From: an uncultured Bacteroidales bacterium
Lineage (GTDB): Bacteria; Bacteroidota; Bacteroidia; Bacteroidales; SZUA-534
Assembly (NCBI GenBank): GCA_965370965.1
Contig: CBDUWQ010000002.1
Span: 1 to 53,840, forward strand
Length of the DNA stretch: 53,840 nucleotides
Direction of reading: 5' to 3'
A program made the translations under genes and the position numbers. Each line of letters opens with the position of its first letter. Position 1 is the first letter of the stretch. Of this stretch, positions 1 through 9,430 are shown in pieces. The notes beneath the pieces were generated by a model. The model did not search any database. It worked only from the letters and a program-made list of their open reading frames with translations, and was not told the origin of the DNA.

Positions 1-3000
1 ACCATTATCATCAGTAGTATTATTTTTAATAACTGCTGTATTTCCATTAATATGAATTCCGTATTTGCTATTACCATAGCATAAATTATTTGTAACAGTA
101 CAATTTGCTCCATTTATATTTATTCCCGATCCTCCACCAGAACCATAACTTTTTGCAAATAAAATTTTAGTATAATTGCCTTCAGAGTATATATTATCGT
201 TTGTTGCCCCATAAACGGTAAAACCTTTAATTTGAGTATAATCAATAGCTCCTATATAAAAACCATTGTTTAAGCCTGTTGCATTAATTATGGGAGATTC
301 ACCCGTATAATTCTGAATAATTAACTGATTACTAACAGTAGGAGAGATATTTACATTGGGTATTACGGTTTCATTATATGTTCCGTTATATACTTCAATA
401 ATAATAGGAGAAGTAAATGTATTAGAACCTTTCCATGAATATAATCCGTCCAAAGCTCCTTGTATAGAACTGTGCGGGTCTGTACCTCCTCCAACGGTAA
501 GAGAAGTACGAGTTTGTATATTCATTGTATAAGTATCGCTACCGCCTGCTGTAGTTACTGTTAAAGTATTGTTTGAATATACACCGGCAGCAAATGTTAC
601 TGTTAGTGATGTAGCTGAATTTGCATCAATGCTTCCTGATATTCCGGCAATTTCTACTGATGTGGCATTAAGTAAATCTGTACCATTAATTGTAATTTGC
701 GCACCTTTGTCTTTATAAAAATTATCAGGACTTACAGATGAAATAACCGGCGGACCAGATAAGGTTGTAAAACTTGCATTTTTACCATAAGAGGTGCCGG
801 AACTATTTATTGCATAAGCCCGCACATAATAAGTTGTACTTGCACTTAATGATGTCATTGACAGACCTGAAAAAACACCAAGACCACTACCGCTGGCAAC
901 TTTATTATCTGCTGTTGTAGGATTTATTGAAGTATTGTAAACAACACCTCTTTCGGTAACAGCACTTGAACCAATATTTGTAACCTCACCTGCACCATCT
1001 GCTGCTGTTTGAGCAATATTAGTAACTGCATTGGTTGTAACTTGTGGTAAAACAACGCTTGAGCTATTTGTTATTGTTACATCATCAATTGCAGGAGCGT
1101 AAGATGTGCCTGTATTATAAGAATGCCATCCAAGATAATAAACTCCAACACCACCCACATTAAATGTAGCAGGGGTTTTTTGTGTCCAAGGTATTGGAGG
1201 ATCGTAGCCTGATTCTAAAGTAGTTGTCATTGCTGCGGAAGTAGGCGAAGTTCCAATATAAAGAGTAATTCTCTCATTTTGATCTTGAAATTCTTTAACC
1301 CAATATGAAACATCGTAATCTTGACCTGCTTTTAAATATAAACAAGGTGTAAATAACCAATCATCGGCTTTGCCCGATCCTGCATCTGCAAATTGTATCA
1401 TAAACTTATCCCCTGAATGCGAAAGTGTATTATTATCATAAATATACCATACTCCTTGTCCTCCATCTCCATTTGCATCTTCCATACTCCATCCTATTTC
1501 TCCCAAACTCCCTGCTTCAAAACCTTGAGTGTATGAATCTCCCGGAGTTGTTAAATCTACATTAACAGGTGAATAATTACCGCTGTAAGTATTGTTAGAA
1601 CTGCTTTCGTCTCCACTTACAGAAACATCAACATCAATTGTATATATTTCGCCATTAACAGACATATCGGCATATATAGTTGTAACATTAGAATTACATG
1701 CAGCTAAGCTTGTAATTGTATAATTACCATTACCAACAAGAGAATTATCTTCTTTCTTAACTTCATAAGTAACATATACATTGCTTAATGTAGCACTTCC
1801 ATAATTTCCAACTTCAATATCAATAGGCGTGTTATTTGAATATTCACAAGAAGAACCTTGTGGAGCTACATAAACAATACCGGCATCTGTAGTTAGTGTT
1901 TTAAATCCTGATACTATAAGAGAAAAATCTTGAGATGCTCCTAGCGTACCTTTATGAGTAATATTAATAGTATAAGTTGTACCACAAGTTGGATTTGCAA
2001 TAAAAACTTGTTCCACATTATCTCTAATATTATCACCGGTAGTTGCAGCGTAAGATGGATTTGCGCCGTCTAACACCCATGGGTTGTAGGTTGTTGTCCC
2101 ATCATCAATGCGCATATCTAAATCATTTACAAGCATTATATCTGTGGGGTCAAGAGCATTTGCAACAGGAGTTCCTGCCGGATCGTTCCACACAATGGTT
2201 GCAACAAGAGGCTCGTTTCCATTAGCAACAATATTTAGAGTATAAGTTCCTCCATTAGTTAATGTTTCTTCTTTTATGTGTGTTGCTACATCTTTTTGTG
2301 TAATTGCATTAGCTGCTGTTGATACATTAACTAAGCCCCATCCAAATATATAATCGGGTCCATCATTTGAACCTGCCTCATCAGCCGTATGAATTGTTAA
2401 TGCTTTTAAAGTAGAAGCTAACATGTAAGAACCATATAGATTATAATAATGTTGTTGTACTAAAACTAAAGATCCAGCAACATTTGGAGTTGCCATAGAA
2501 GTTCCGTTCATTGACTCGTATCCATCATTTGCAGTGGCATTACTTGAATAAACACCAACGCCATTCCCGCACACATCGGGTTTAATACGTCCATCATCAG
2601 TTGGTCCCCAACCGCTAAATGAACTCATTACAACATCCGATGCTTGTGTCCAACCTGTTTCTATTGGGTCAACAGCACCAACGGTAAGAATGTTTTTTGC
2701 ATTCCCTGTCCATCCTATACAATCATAACCATCATCTCCTCCATCCTTTGGATGTAATGTACTTGACCCATCCCAATCTCCTCTATCGTTACCAGCAGCT
2801 TTACATATTAAATAATATGGTGCATTATTTGCTATTTGGTCATAAACTTGCGTTTCTGAAGAGTAAAATCCAAAATGAAAATCTTCATCATTGCTTATAC
2901 TTGTATTACCTAACCAACTCCAAGAACTACCATTATAAGACCAACCTGTTCCATAACCATATGAGTGATTTGATATAAGCAAACCTGCTGCTGCCGCAGT

Positions 3001-3582
3001 AGCCATTTCAGAACCGTCAGAATTCCAGTCATAATAATCAAGGTTTGCTTCATAAGCCATACCTTTTGCCAAATTATCAACACCAGAAGCTATCATTGTA
3101 CCTCCAACATGAGTTGCATGGTCGGCAAGCGTTGTCGCACCATCTTTTATTGTAGCTCTTCCTGTAATTTCTTGGTGAGTAGTACGAATAGCGTCTCCAT
3201 CCCATTCGCCAACAAGCATTCCGCTACCGGTAAGGTTTAAACCAAGGCTTTCTCCCGGCCATAGTTTATTTGTAGATATTGTTCGTGCAGCTTCATAATT
3301 TTGAGTAATATAGTAAATAGGTAACCCTGCCTCTGATACACCTTGCAATTCAATAAGACCTCCGTTATCAAGTTTCTTTTTAATAACCCAACCTTTTTGT
3401 TTTGCCATTTCAAGAGCTTTGGCTTTATTGGCTTTGAATTCTTTATCAGATTTTATTGCAAAATCTTGTAAAGCTTTTACATTCGTTTTTGAAATAATTT
3501 TCTGTTTTTCAGATTTAGTTTGTCCAAATGCAGAAGCAAAAGCAAAAATAAATACAATGGAAATTAAACAAATTTTTTTCAT
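1..3582 (-). CDS. Secreted subtilisin-like (peptidase S8) multidomain protein; 5' complete, C-terminus runs off the left window edge
   Basis: Own translation from the ATG at 3582 gives MKKICLISIVFIFAFASAFGQ, a signal peptide. S8 catalytic motifs are present: GEWDGD (Asp), DHATHVGGTM (His), SNHSYG (Asn) and NGTSMATPNVAGS (Ser). The frame was checked at 1560 and 780 and stays open for all 1194 codons to position 1. Later segments look like choice-of-anchor-J (GFEAGSLGEIGWSMEDANGDGG..ADDWLFTP), IPT/TIG (PVISSVSPDNFYKDKGAQITINGTDL) and parallel beta-helix repeats (NCTVTNNLCYGNSKYGIHINGNTAVIKNN). It is missing from the ORF track because there is no stop codon in the window. Confidence 0.85.
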   Translation of the reverse strand, partial: MKKICLISIVFIFAFASAFGQTKSEKQKIISKTNVKALQDFAIKSDKEFKANKAKALEMAKQKGWVIKKKLDNGGLIELQGVSEAGLPIYYITQNYEAARTISTNKLWPGESLGLNLTGSGMLVGEWDGDAIRTTHQEITGRATIKDGATTLADHATHVGGTMIASGVDNLAKGMAYEANLDYYDWNSDGSEMATAAAAGLLISNHSYGYGTGWSYNGSSWSWLGNTSISNDEDFHFGFYSSETQVYDQIANNAPYYLICKAAGNDRGDWDGSSTLHPKDGGDDGYDCIGWTGNAKNILTVGAVDPIETGWTQASDVVMSSFSGWGPTDDGRIKPDVCGNGVGVYSSNATANDGYESMNGTSMATPNVAGSLVLVQQHYYNLYGSYMLASTLKALTIHTADEAGSNDGPDYIFGWGLVNVSTAANAITQKDVATHIKEETLTNGGTYTLNIVANGNEPLVATIVWNDPAGTPVANALDPTDIMLVNDLDMRIDDGTTTYNPWVLDGANPSYAATTGDNIRDNVEQVFIANPTCGTTYTINITHKGTLGASQDFSLIVSGFKTLTTDAGIVYVAPQGSSCEYSNNTPIDIEVGNYGSATLSNVYVTYEVKKEDNSLVGNGNYTITSLAACNSNVTTIYADMSVNGEIYTIDVDVSVSGDESSSNNTYSGNYSPVNVDLTTPGDSYTQGFEAGSLGEIGWSMEDANGDGGQGVWYIYDNNTLSHSGDKFMIQFADAGSGKADDWLFTPCLYLKAGQDYDVSYWVKEFQDQNERITLYIGTSPTSAAMTTTLESGYDPPIPWTQKTPATFNVGGVGVYYLGWHSYNTGTSYAPAIDDVTITNSSSVVLPQVTTNAVTNIAQTAADGAGEVTNIGSSAVTERGVVYNTSINPTTADNKVASGSGLGVFSGLSMTSLSASTTYYVRAYAINSSGTSYGKNASFTTLSGPPVISSVSPDNFYKDKGAQITINGTDLLNATSVEIAGISGSIDANSATSLTVTFAAGVYSNNTLTVTTAGGSDTYTMNIQTRTSLTVGGGTDPHSSIQGALDGLYSWKGSNTFTSPIIIEVYNGTYNETVIPNVNISPTVSNQLIIQNYTGESPIINATGLNNGFYIGAIDYTQIKGFTVYGATNDNIYSEGNYTKILFAKSYGSGGGSGININGANCTVTNNLCYGNSKYGIHINGNTAVIKNNTTDDNG

Positions 3583-3789
3583 GACATTTTTCTTTTTTGT
3601 TAAAGAAAACTATTGCAAAAAGCTTATTCTTAAAAATGTTAAAACGTAATAATTAACATGTTAAACACCCCTTAATACTTGTAAAATACAAATAAAAAAA
3701 GTATTAACAAAATAAAGAAATAGACATATTATAGATACGTGAGTCTTTTTTTTTTTAGTGTTACAATTCTTTAATAGTATCTGCACAAG

Positions 3790-3997
3790 AACTGTAAATT
3801 TTTAAGAAATGGAATATTCTGGATCCGGATGGCGTTTTGGCAAACAGGTAAAATTTTTCTCAGGCTTATTGCCAACTTCTTCGTTGCACTACCTTTATTG
3901 CAACACATGCAACCTTTTTTTTTTAAAAACCATATTTGTTACTTGTGCCGCTTTTAGTGCTATCTCATTTCAAATCCGATTAAGTCAGTTGTTCTGA
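3790..3997. repeat. Copy A of a two-block conserved intergenic element (35-nt left block, 34-nt right block)
   Basis: The left block AACTGTAAATTTTTAAGAAATGGAATATTCTGGAT (3790-3824) matches 51684-51718 at 31 of 35 positions. The right block CTCATTTCAAATCCGATTAAGTCAGTTGTTCTGA (3964-3997) matches 51998-52031 at 30 of 34 positions. The interiors differ in length and sequence. Confidence 0.55.
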
Positions 3998-4054
3998 GTT
4001 TATGTCATAATTATCAACAACAGGGTCAGGTTGTCTAAACATACACCGGAAATA

Positions 4055-4089
4055 AAAAGCCCTGCTTCAATAAAGTAGCAGGGCTTTTT
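4055..4089 (-). terminator. Rho-independent terminator downstream of nifJ (symmetrical A/T flanks, possibly bidirectional)
   Basis: The stem AGCCCTGCT (4058-4066) pairs with AGCAGGGCT (4077-4085) across a 10-nt loop. It is flanked by AAAAA and TTTTT and lies about 60 nt below the nifJ stop. Confidence 0.7.
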
Positions 4090-4145
4090 ATATCAATAAA
4101 CAAAATCCAAATTATCAATAATTGGTTTTGTAGTTTTAGCTTTTC

Positions 4146-7100
4146 TTACTTCGAAAAATCCATAGCAGCCATACGCTGATATGATTTGTAACGCCATTTT
4201 GCATTTTCCTCGGCGGCAACAAACAGCTCTTTGGCCTCTTCGGGGAAACTTTTTATCAATGAGGTATAACGTACCTCTCCCATAAGGAAATTCTGGAATT
4301 CGTCCCATTTAGGCTCTTTTGAGTCCAACACAAACGGATTCTTTCCATCTTTCTCTAATTCAGGGTTAAAGCGATACATGTGCCAGTAACCTGACTCAAC
4401 TGCTTTTTTCATTTCGCCCTGTGTACTACCCATTCCGGTATGTATTCCGTGGCTGATACATGGAGAATAAGCAATTATTAATGAAGGACCGGGGTAAGCT
4501 TCGGCCTCTTTTAATGCTTTAAAATATTGAGCTTGACTAGCACCCATTGAAACCTGGGCAACATAAACATAACCATAACTCATAGCCATCATTCCAAGGT
4601 CTTTTTTACGTATCTTTTTACCCGATGCAGCAAATTTAGCAACAGCTCCAATTGGAGTAGCTTTACTGCTTTGACCACCTGTATTTGAGTAAATCTCTGT
4701 GTCAAGCACCAAAATATTTACATCTTCGCCCGATGCCAAAACATGATCAAGGCCTCCGTAACCTATGTCATAAGCCCAACCATCGCCACCAAATATCCAG
4801 TTACTTCGTTTTGGCATCCAATCTTTAATAGCCAAAATCTCTTTGGCAATAGGAGCCGACTCTTTTTCTAAAGCGGCAATTGCTTTTTCTGATGCAGCAA
4901 TTGATTCTTCAGTTTTACGTTTAACCTCGCTCCATTCGGTAATAGCAGCATTGGTATCGGCACTAAATTTGTCGGCATTTTCTTTACTAAGTCGCTCAAT
5001 GCGGTTCTGTAACTTTTTTGCCGATAGTGCCATGCCAAGTCCATATTCTGCGTTATCTTCAAATAGTGAATTGGCCCATGCCACACCTTTACCGTTTTTA
5101 GCAGCACAATAAGGTGTTGATGGTGCCGAACCACCATAAATTGAAGAGCAACCTGTTGCATTGGCAACCATCATGCTTTCGCCATATAGTTGTGTAACAG
5201 CTTTAATATATGGCGTTTCGCCGCATCCTGCGCAAGCACCTGAGAATTCAAACAACGGTTTTGCAAACTGCGATGCTTTTACGTTTTGGAATTTTGATGC
5301 AATAAGCTTAATGCTAACCTCATTTGCCATATAGTCCCAACGCGGAATTTCAGACTCTTGTGAAGCTATTGGCTTCATAACAAGCGATTTTGTTTTTGAA
5401 GGACATACATCAACACAGTTGCCACAACCGGTACAATCTAATGTCGATATCTGAATACGGAATCCTAATCCATCGTACCCTTTACCATTTGCTTTAATAG
5501 TATTTGAGCCTTCAGGGGCTGCTGCTTGCTCTTTCTCATCTAACAAGAACGGACGAATGGCAGCGTGAGGACAAACATAAGCGCATTGGTTACACTGAAT
5601 GCAAGTATCGGCATTCCATTCGGGAATATTTACTGCAATACCGCGTTTTTCATATTGTGCCGTGCCGGCAGGAAAAGTACCATCTTCGCGGTCAATAAAG
5701 GCCGAAACAGGTAAATCATCACCGGCAAGGTTGTTGATTGGCTCAACTACGTTCCTCACAAATTCAGGAATATTAGTATTCACAACAGTAGTATCTTTAA
5801 CTTCAATTGAAGCCCATTCGGCAGGTATGTCAACTTTAATAACATCGCTACCCGCATCAACAGCTGCATAGTTCATTGTTATCACATTTTCGCCTTTTGA
5901 ACCAAACGATTTTACAATCATTTTTTTCATTTGCTCAACTGCAACATCGTAAGGTATTACATCGGCAATTTTAAAAAATGCTGCCTGCATAATTGTGTTG
6001 GTACGGTTTCCTAAACCAATTTCCTCAGCCAATCCTGTTGCATTAATAATATACATGTTAATATTATTATTGGCAAGGTATTTTTTTATTGAGTCTGGCA
6101 AGTGCTTTTTAGTCTCCTCAGCATCCCAAATAGCATTTAACAAGAATGTGCCGCCTTTTTTCAAACCTTTAAGCATGTCATATTTTCCGAGATATGCAGG
6201 CACATGGCATGCAACAAAGTCGGGGGTATTAACCAAATACGGGCTCATAATTTTTTTATCGCCAAAACGAAGATGCGAGGCTGTAAAACCACCCGATTTT
6301 TTAGAGTCATAGGCAAAATATGCCTGACAAAATTTATCGGTTGAATCACCAATAATTTTTATTGAGTTTTTGTTTGCTCCAACTGTACCGTCTGAACCTA
6401 AACCATAAAATTTAGCCTCAAAACGTCCTTCCGATTCTAAACTTATCTCGGGCAATAAAGGCAATGAGGTAAAGGTTACATCATCGATAATACCGAGTGT
6501 GAACCTATTTTTGGGCTCAGCCATTTTCATATTATCAAATACGCTAATAATCATGGCCGGTGTAGTATCTTTTGATGATAAACCATAGCGTCCACCAACA
6601 ATTATTGGAGCATTTTCTTTATTGTAATATAGGTCTCTTACGTCAAGGTACAATGGCTCGCCATTTGCTCCCGGCTCTTTGGTTCTGTCTAAAACGGTAA
6701 TGCGTTTAACTGTTTTAGGCATGCTTTGCATAAAATGCTTAGCCGAAAACGGACGGTACAAGTGAACTACCAATACACCAACTTTTTCGCCTTTTGCGTT
6801 CATGCTGTCAACCACCTCGCGAATAGTTTCGGTAACAGAGCCAATTGCAATAATTACATTTTCGGCATTACTGTCGCCATAGTACATAAATGGCTTGTAC
6901 TCGCGGCCTGTAATTTTTGTAATTTCGATCATGTAATCAGCTACCATATCGGGTACAGCATCATAAAATTTATTTGCTACTTCGCGCGTTTGAAAATAAA
7001 TATCGGGGTTTTGAGCCAGTCCACGTGTTACAGGGTGGTTAGGACTTAAAGCATTATCGCGAAAAGCCTGAAGTGCCTCCATATCCAATAGTGGTTTCAA

Positions 7101-7676
7101 ATCATCGTTTTCTAACAATTCAATTTTTTGAATTTCGTGCGAGGTACGGAATCCATCGAAAAAATGCACAAACGGTATTCTTGATTTAATTGCAGTTAAG
7201 TGAGCTACACCTGCTAAATCCATTGCCTCTTGTACCGAACCCGATGCAAGAAATGCAAAACCTGTTTGGCGCGCGCTCATTACATCAGAGTGGTCGCCAA
7301 AAATAGAAAGTGCCTGTGCTGCCAAGCTACGTGCCGATACATGAAAAACAGCAGGCAACAATTCGCCGGCAATTTTGTACATGTTTGGTATCATAAGCAA
7401 CAATCCCTGCGATGCAGTATAGGTTGAGGTTAAGGCTCCACCCTGAAGTGAACCGTGAACCGTACCCGATGCGCCACCTTCACTTTGTAATTCAATTACG
7501 TCAACTATCTCTCCAAAAATATTTTTACGACCATTAGCCGCCCACTCGTCAACATTTTCTGCCATGTTTGACGATGGGGTGATTGGGTAAATTGCAGCAA
7601 TCTCGCTAAACATATAAGCGATATGAGAGGCTGCATGATTACCATCACACGTGATAAATTTTTTCTCTTTTGCCAT
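4146..7676 (-). CDS. nifJ: Pyruvate:ferredoxin (flavodoxin) oxidoreductase, single-chain NifJ/PFOR type
   Basis: 1176 aa. It has two ferredoxin-type 4Fe-4S motifs, CIQCNQCAYVCP and CTGCGNCVDVCP, and a TPP-binding region GGDGWAYDIGYGGLDHV..LDTEIYSNTGGQ. The start is a clean ATG at 7676. Confidence 0.97.
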   Translation of the reverse strand: MAKEKKFITCDGNHAASHIAYMFSEIAAIYPITPSSNMAENVDEWAANGRKNIFGEIVDVIELQSEGGASGTVHGSLQGGALTSTYTASQGLLLMIPNMYKIAGELLPAVFHVSARSLAAQALSIFGDHSDVMSARQTGFAFLASGSVQEAMDLAGVAHLTAIKSRIPFVHFFDGFRTSHEIQKIELLENDDLKPLLDMEALQAFRDNALSPNHPVTRGLAQNPDIYFQTREVANKFYDAVPDMVADYMIEITKITGREYKPFMYYGDSNAENVIIAIGSVTETIREVVDSMNAKGEKVGVLVVHLYRPFSAKHFMQSMPKTVKRITVLDRTKEPGANGEPLYLDVRDLYYNKENAPIIVGGRYGLSSKDTTPAMIISVFDNMKMAEPKNRFTLGIIDDVTFTSLPLLPEISLESEGRFEAKFYGLGSDGTVGANKNSIKIIGDSTDKFCQAYFAYDSKKSGGFTASHLRFGDKKIMSPYLVNTPDFVACHVPAYLGKYDMLKGLKKGGTFLLNAIWDAEETKKHLPDSIKKYLANNNINMYIINATGLAEEIGLGNRTNTIMQAAFFKIADVIPYDVAVEQMKKMIVKSFGSKGENVITMNYAAVDAGSDVIKVDIPAEWASIEVKDTTVVNTNIPEFVRNVVEPINNLAGDDLPVSAFIDREDGTFPAGTAQYEKRGIAVNIPEWNADTCIQCNQCAYVCPHAAIRPFLLDEKEQAAAPEGSNTIKANGKGYDGLGFRIQISTLDCTGCGNCVDVCPSKTKSLVMKPIASQESEIPRWDYMANEVSIKLIASKFQNVKASQFAKPLFEFSGACAGCGETPYIKAVTQLYGESMMVANATGCSSIYGGSAPSTPYCAAKNGKGVAWANSLFEDNAEYGLGMALSAKKLQNRIERLSKENADKFSADTNAAITEWSEVKRKTEESIAASEKAIAALEKESAPIAKEILAIKDWMPKRSNWIFGGDGWAYDIGYGGLDHVLASGEDVNILVLDTEIYSNTGGQSSKATPIGAVAKFAASGKKIRKKDLGMMAMSYGYVYVAQVSMGASQAQYFKALKEAEAYPGPSLIIAYSPCISHGIHTGMGSTQGEMKKAVESGYWHMYRFNPELEKDGKNPFVLDSKEPKWDEFQNFLMGEVRYTSLIKSFPEEAKELFVAAEENAKWRYKSYQRMAAMDFSK

Positions 7677-7738
7677 TTTTATTTAATTATTATGAATTTA
7701 TATTATAATTTAATGTTATTCTCCAGTCTCCGTCTTCT

Positions 7739-8932
7739 TTAATATAAAAATCCAAACAGCCACAGTGGAATCTTGTTGCCATCACCAACCTCTTCCATAT
7801 CAACAGCCATATATGTTTTTTCACTATTGTTGGTCAACCGTTTATTGTATCCTATTTTAAAAATCAATTCATTATCAATAATAAATTCTCCTTTTTTACC
7901 ATTACCCGATACTAAATGCCCGTTTTTAAGTTGATATAAAAAATAGGTTTCCCATAGTGCCTGTTTTGATGGTTCAATCATTGATATTGCATATAAAAGA
8001 TTCGGGTTTTTCAGATATATGCGTTCGGGCTTTCTATTATCATCTTTATTGCCTTGATAAACCATATTGATAAGCCGCGCATTACGCAGGTATTTAAGAT
8101 AATTAATTACCGTTGCCCTACTTGTGTCAATAGAGTTGCTTAACCGGCTTATGTTAGGGGTATGGGGGGTGTCTTTTGACAGCTCATAAACAAGTTTTTT
8201 AAGTTTTGGCAAATATTTTAGCTCCATTTGCTGCAAAACCGGAATGTCAATTTCAAGTGTGAGGTTTACTATTTTAATAATGTTCTCGCTAAAATTGATA
8301 TTCTCAGCAAAAAAAGGATAAAAACCATGTTGCAGATAACTATTGAAATAGGCAAGGGGTTTTACTTTAAACAAAATATCTTTGGCAATTTCTGTATGAT
8401 ACTTTAAAATTTCATTAAGACTATATTTCTTAAAAGTACTATTGGTTTTATAGTTTATATATTCCCTAAAAGACAATCCTCTTAATTGATATGCGGCAAC
8501 CTTATCATTAAGGTCGGGGTTATTCTCTTTTAAGCGCATTACTGGGCTGCCTGTAAATATTATCTGAAGGTCTGTATATCTATCATAAATTTCACGCAAT
8601 GCTTTTGACCATTCCGGATATTTAAAAATCTGGTCAAGTACAAGTGTTCTCCCCCCTGTTTTTCTGAATTCGTTAGCAAAATTAACTAAAGAGTGTCCTG
8701 AGAAATAGAAGTTATTCAAATTTACGTAAAGGCATGACCTGTCATTACCAAAAGTCGATTTTATATAGTCGAGCAAAAAAACGGTTTTACCAATACCACG
8801 GGTTCCTTTTATACCTATAAGCCTTTGCCGCCAGTCAATTTCATTTCTTAACTCACGCGGAATGGCCGCTTGTACATTATCTAATAATTCGGTATGTGTT
8901 TTATAAAACTGCTCCATAGTGAAAATTGCCAT
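7739..8932 (-). CDS. AAA+ ATP-binding protein, DUF4143-type
   Basis: 397 aa with Walker A GIKGTRGIGKTV and Walker B-like LVLDQI. The length and layout fit the AAA_14/DUF4143 family that is common in Bacteroidota. An alternative start exists at M6 (8917). Confidence 0.75.
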   Translation of the reverse strand: MAIFTMEQFYKTHTELLDNVQAAIPRELRNEIDWRQRLIGIKGTRGIGKTVFLLDYIKSTFGNDRSCLYVNLNNFYFSGHSLVNFANEFRKTGGRTLVLDQIFKYPEWSKALREIYDRYTDLQIIFTGSPVMRLKENNPDLNDKVAAYQLRGLSFREYINYKTNSTFKKYSLNEILKYHTEIAKDILFKVKPLAYFNSYLQHGFYPFFAENINFSENIIKIVNLTLEIDIPVLQQMELKYLPKLKKLVYELSKDTPHTPNISRLSNSIDTSRATVINYLKYLRNARLINMVYQGNKDDNRKPERIYLKNPNLLYAISMIEPSKQALWETYFLYQLKNGHLVSGNGKKGEFIIDNELIFKIGYNKRLTNNSEKTYMAVDMEEVGDGNKIPLWLFGFLY

Positions 8933-9358
8933 GCAAACTTAGCAAATTAACCCTGCTTATTGTAATTTAAACTTTGCAAAATACACGTTAAGAGGTAATT
9001 TAAAGTGATTATAAATAACTTTTATAAACAAATTTTACAATTGCCATGTTAACCGAGAAGCTGTATGCTTGTGCTGAGCATTGTCGAAGTATGAAGACTG
9101 TGAACAGGCAATAACCTGTCTGCCGAACTATGCAGACGCCGAGTATGGTAAAATTTAATTTGCCTTTGGTAAATTTTTGCAAAAATTAATATAAAATAGC
9201 AAAATCACATAAAACACAATAAGTTAATGAGATAGATACTTTTTGTGAAAATTCATGCATAATGCAGGTTAAAAGTATTATCCTAAATATGGAAAATATA
9301 TAAATAGTTGTTATATTTGTAATGGCTATTACAGTAATAGTGGTTACAGTAATATTTT

Positions 9359-9397
9359 TTAACGTAACATTGGTTACAGTAGCCAATGTTACGTTAA
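9359..9397. promoter_or_regulatory. Perfect 15-bp inverted repeat (hairpin or operator) just upstream of the DUF234-type ATPase gene
   Basis: TTAACGTAACATTGG (9359-9373) pairs with CCAATGTTACGTTAA (9383-9397) across the 9-nt loop TTACAGTAG. It is flanked by T and A runs. TTACAGTA also occurs at 9329, 9344 and 9374. Confidence 0.4.
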
Positions 9398-9430
9398 AAA
9401 ATATTTTTGATAAAGATTAAATTTAGCATA

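Noticed and set aside
2043-3649. Plus-strand ORFs 2043-2225, 2697-2978 and 3419-3649
   Set aside because: They lie antisense inside the S8 peptidase reading frame, whose catalytic motifs and signal peptide are on the minus strand. They have low-complexity composition and non-ATG starts.
3809-3997. 62-aa ORF in the S8/nifJ spacer
   Set aside because: It falls inside the two-block conserved intergenic element. The second copy of that element does not preserve the reading frame, and no protein-like features are present.
4093-7427. Short ORFs overlapping nifJ on either strand (4093-4308, 4843-5112, 4868-5167, 5504-5698, 5599-5871, 5995-6312, 6726-7049, 7230-7427)
   Set aside because: All are nested in or antisense to the 1176-aa PFOR gene, which has unambiguous cofactor motifs. 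They are typical shadow ORFs.
9186-9386. 66-aa ORF with a TVT/ITV-rich sequence
   Set aside because: Its low-complexity translation is generated by the TTACAGTA repeats and the hairpin. It overlaps the regulatory spacer of the ATPase gene.
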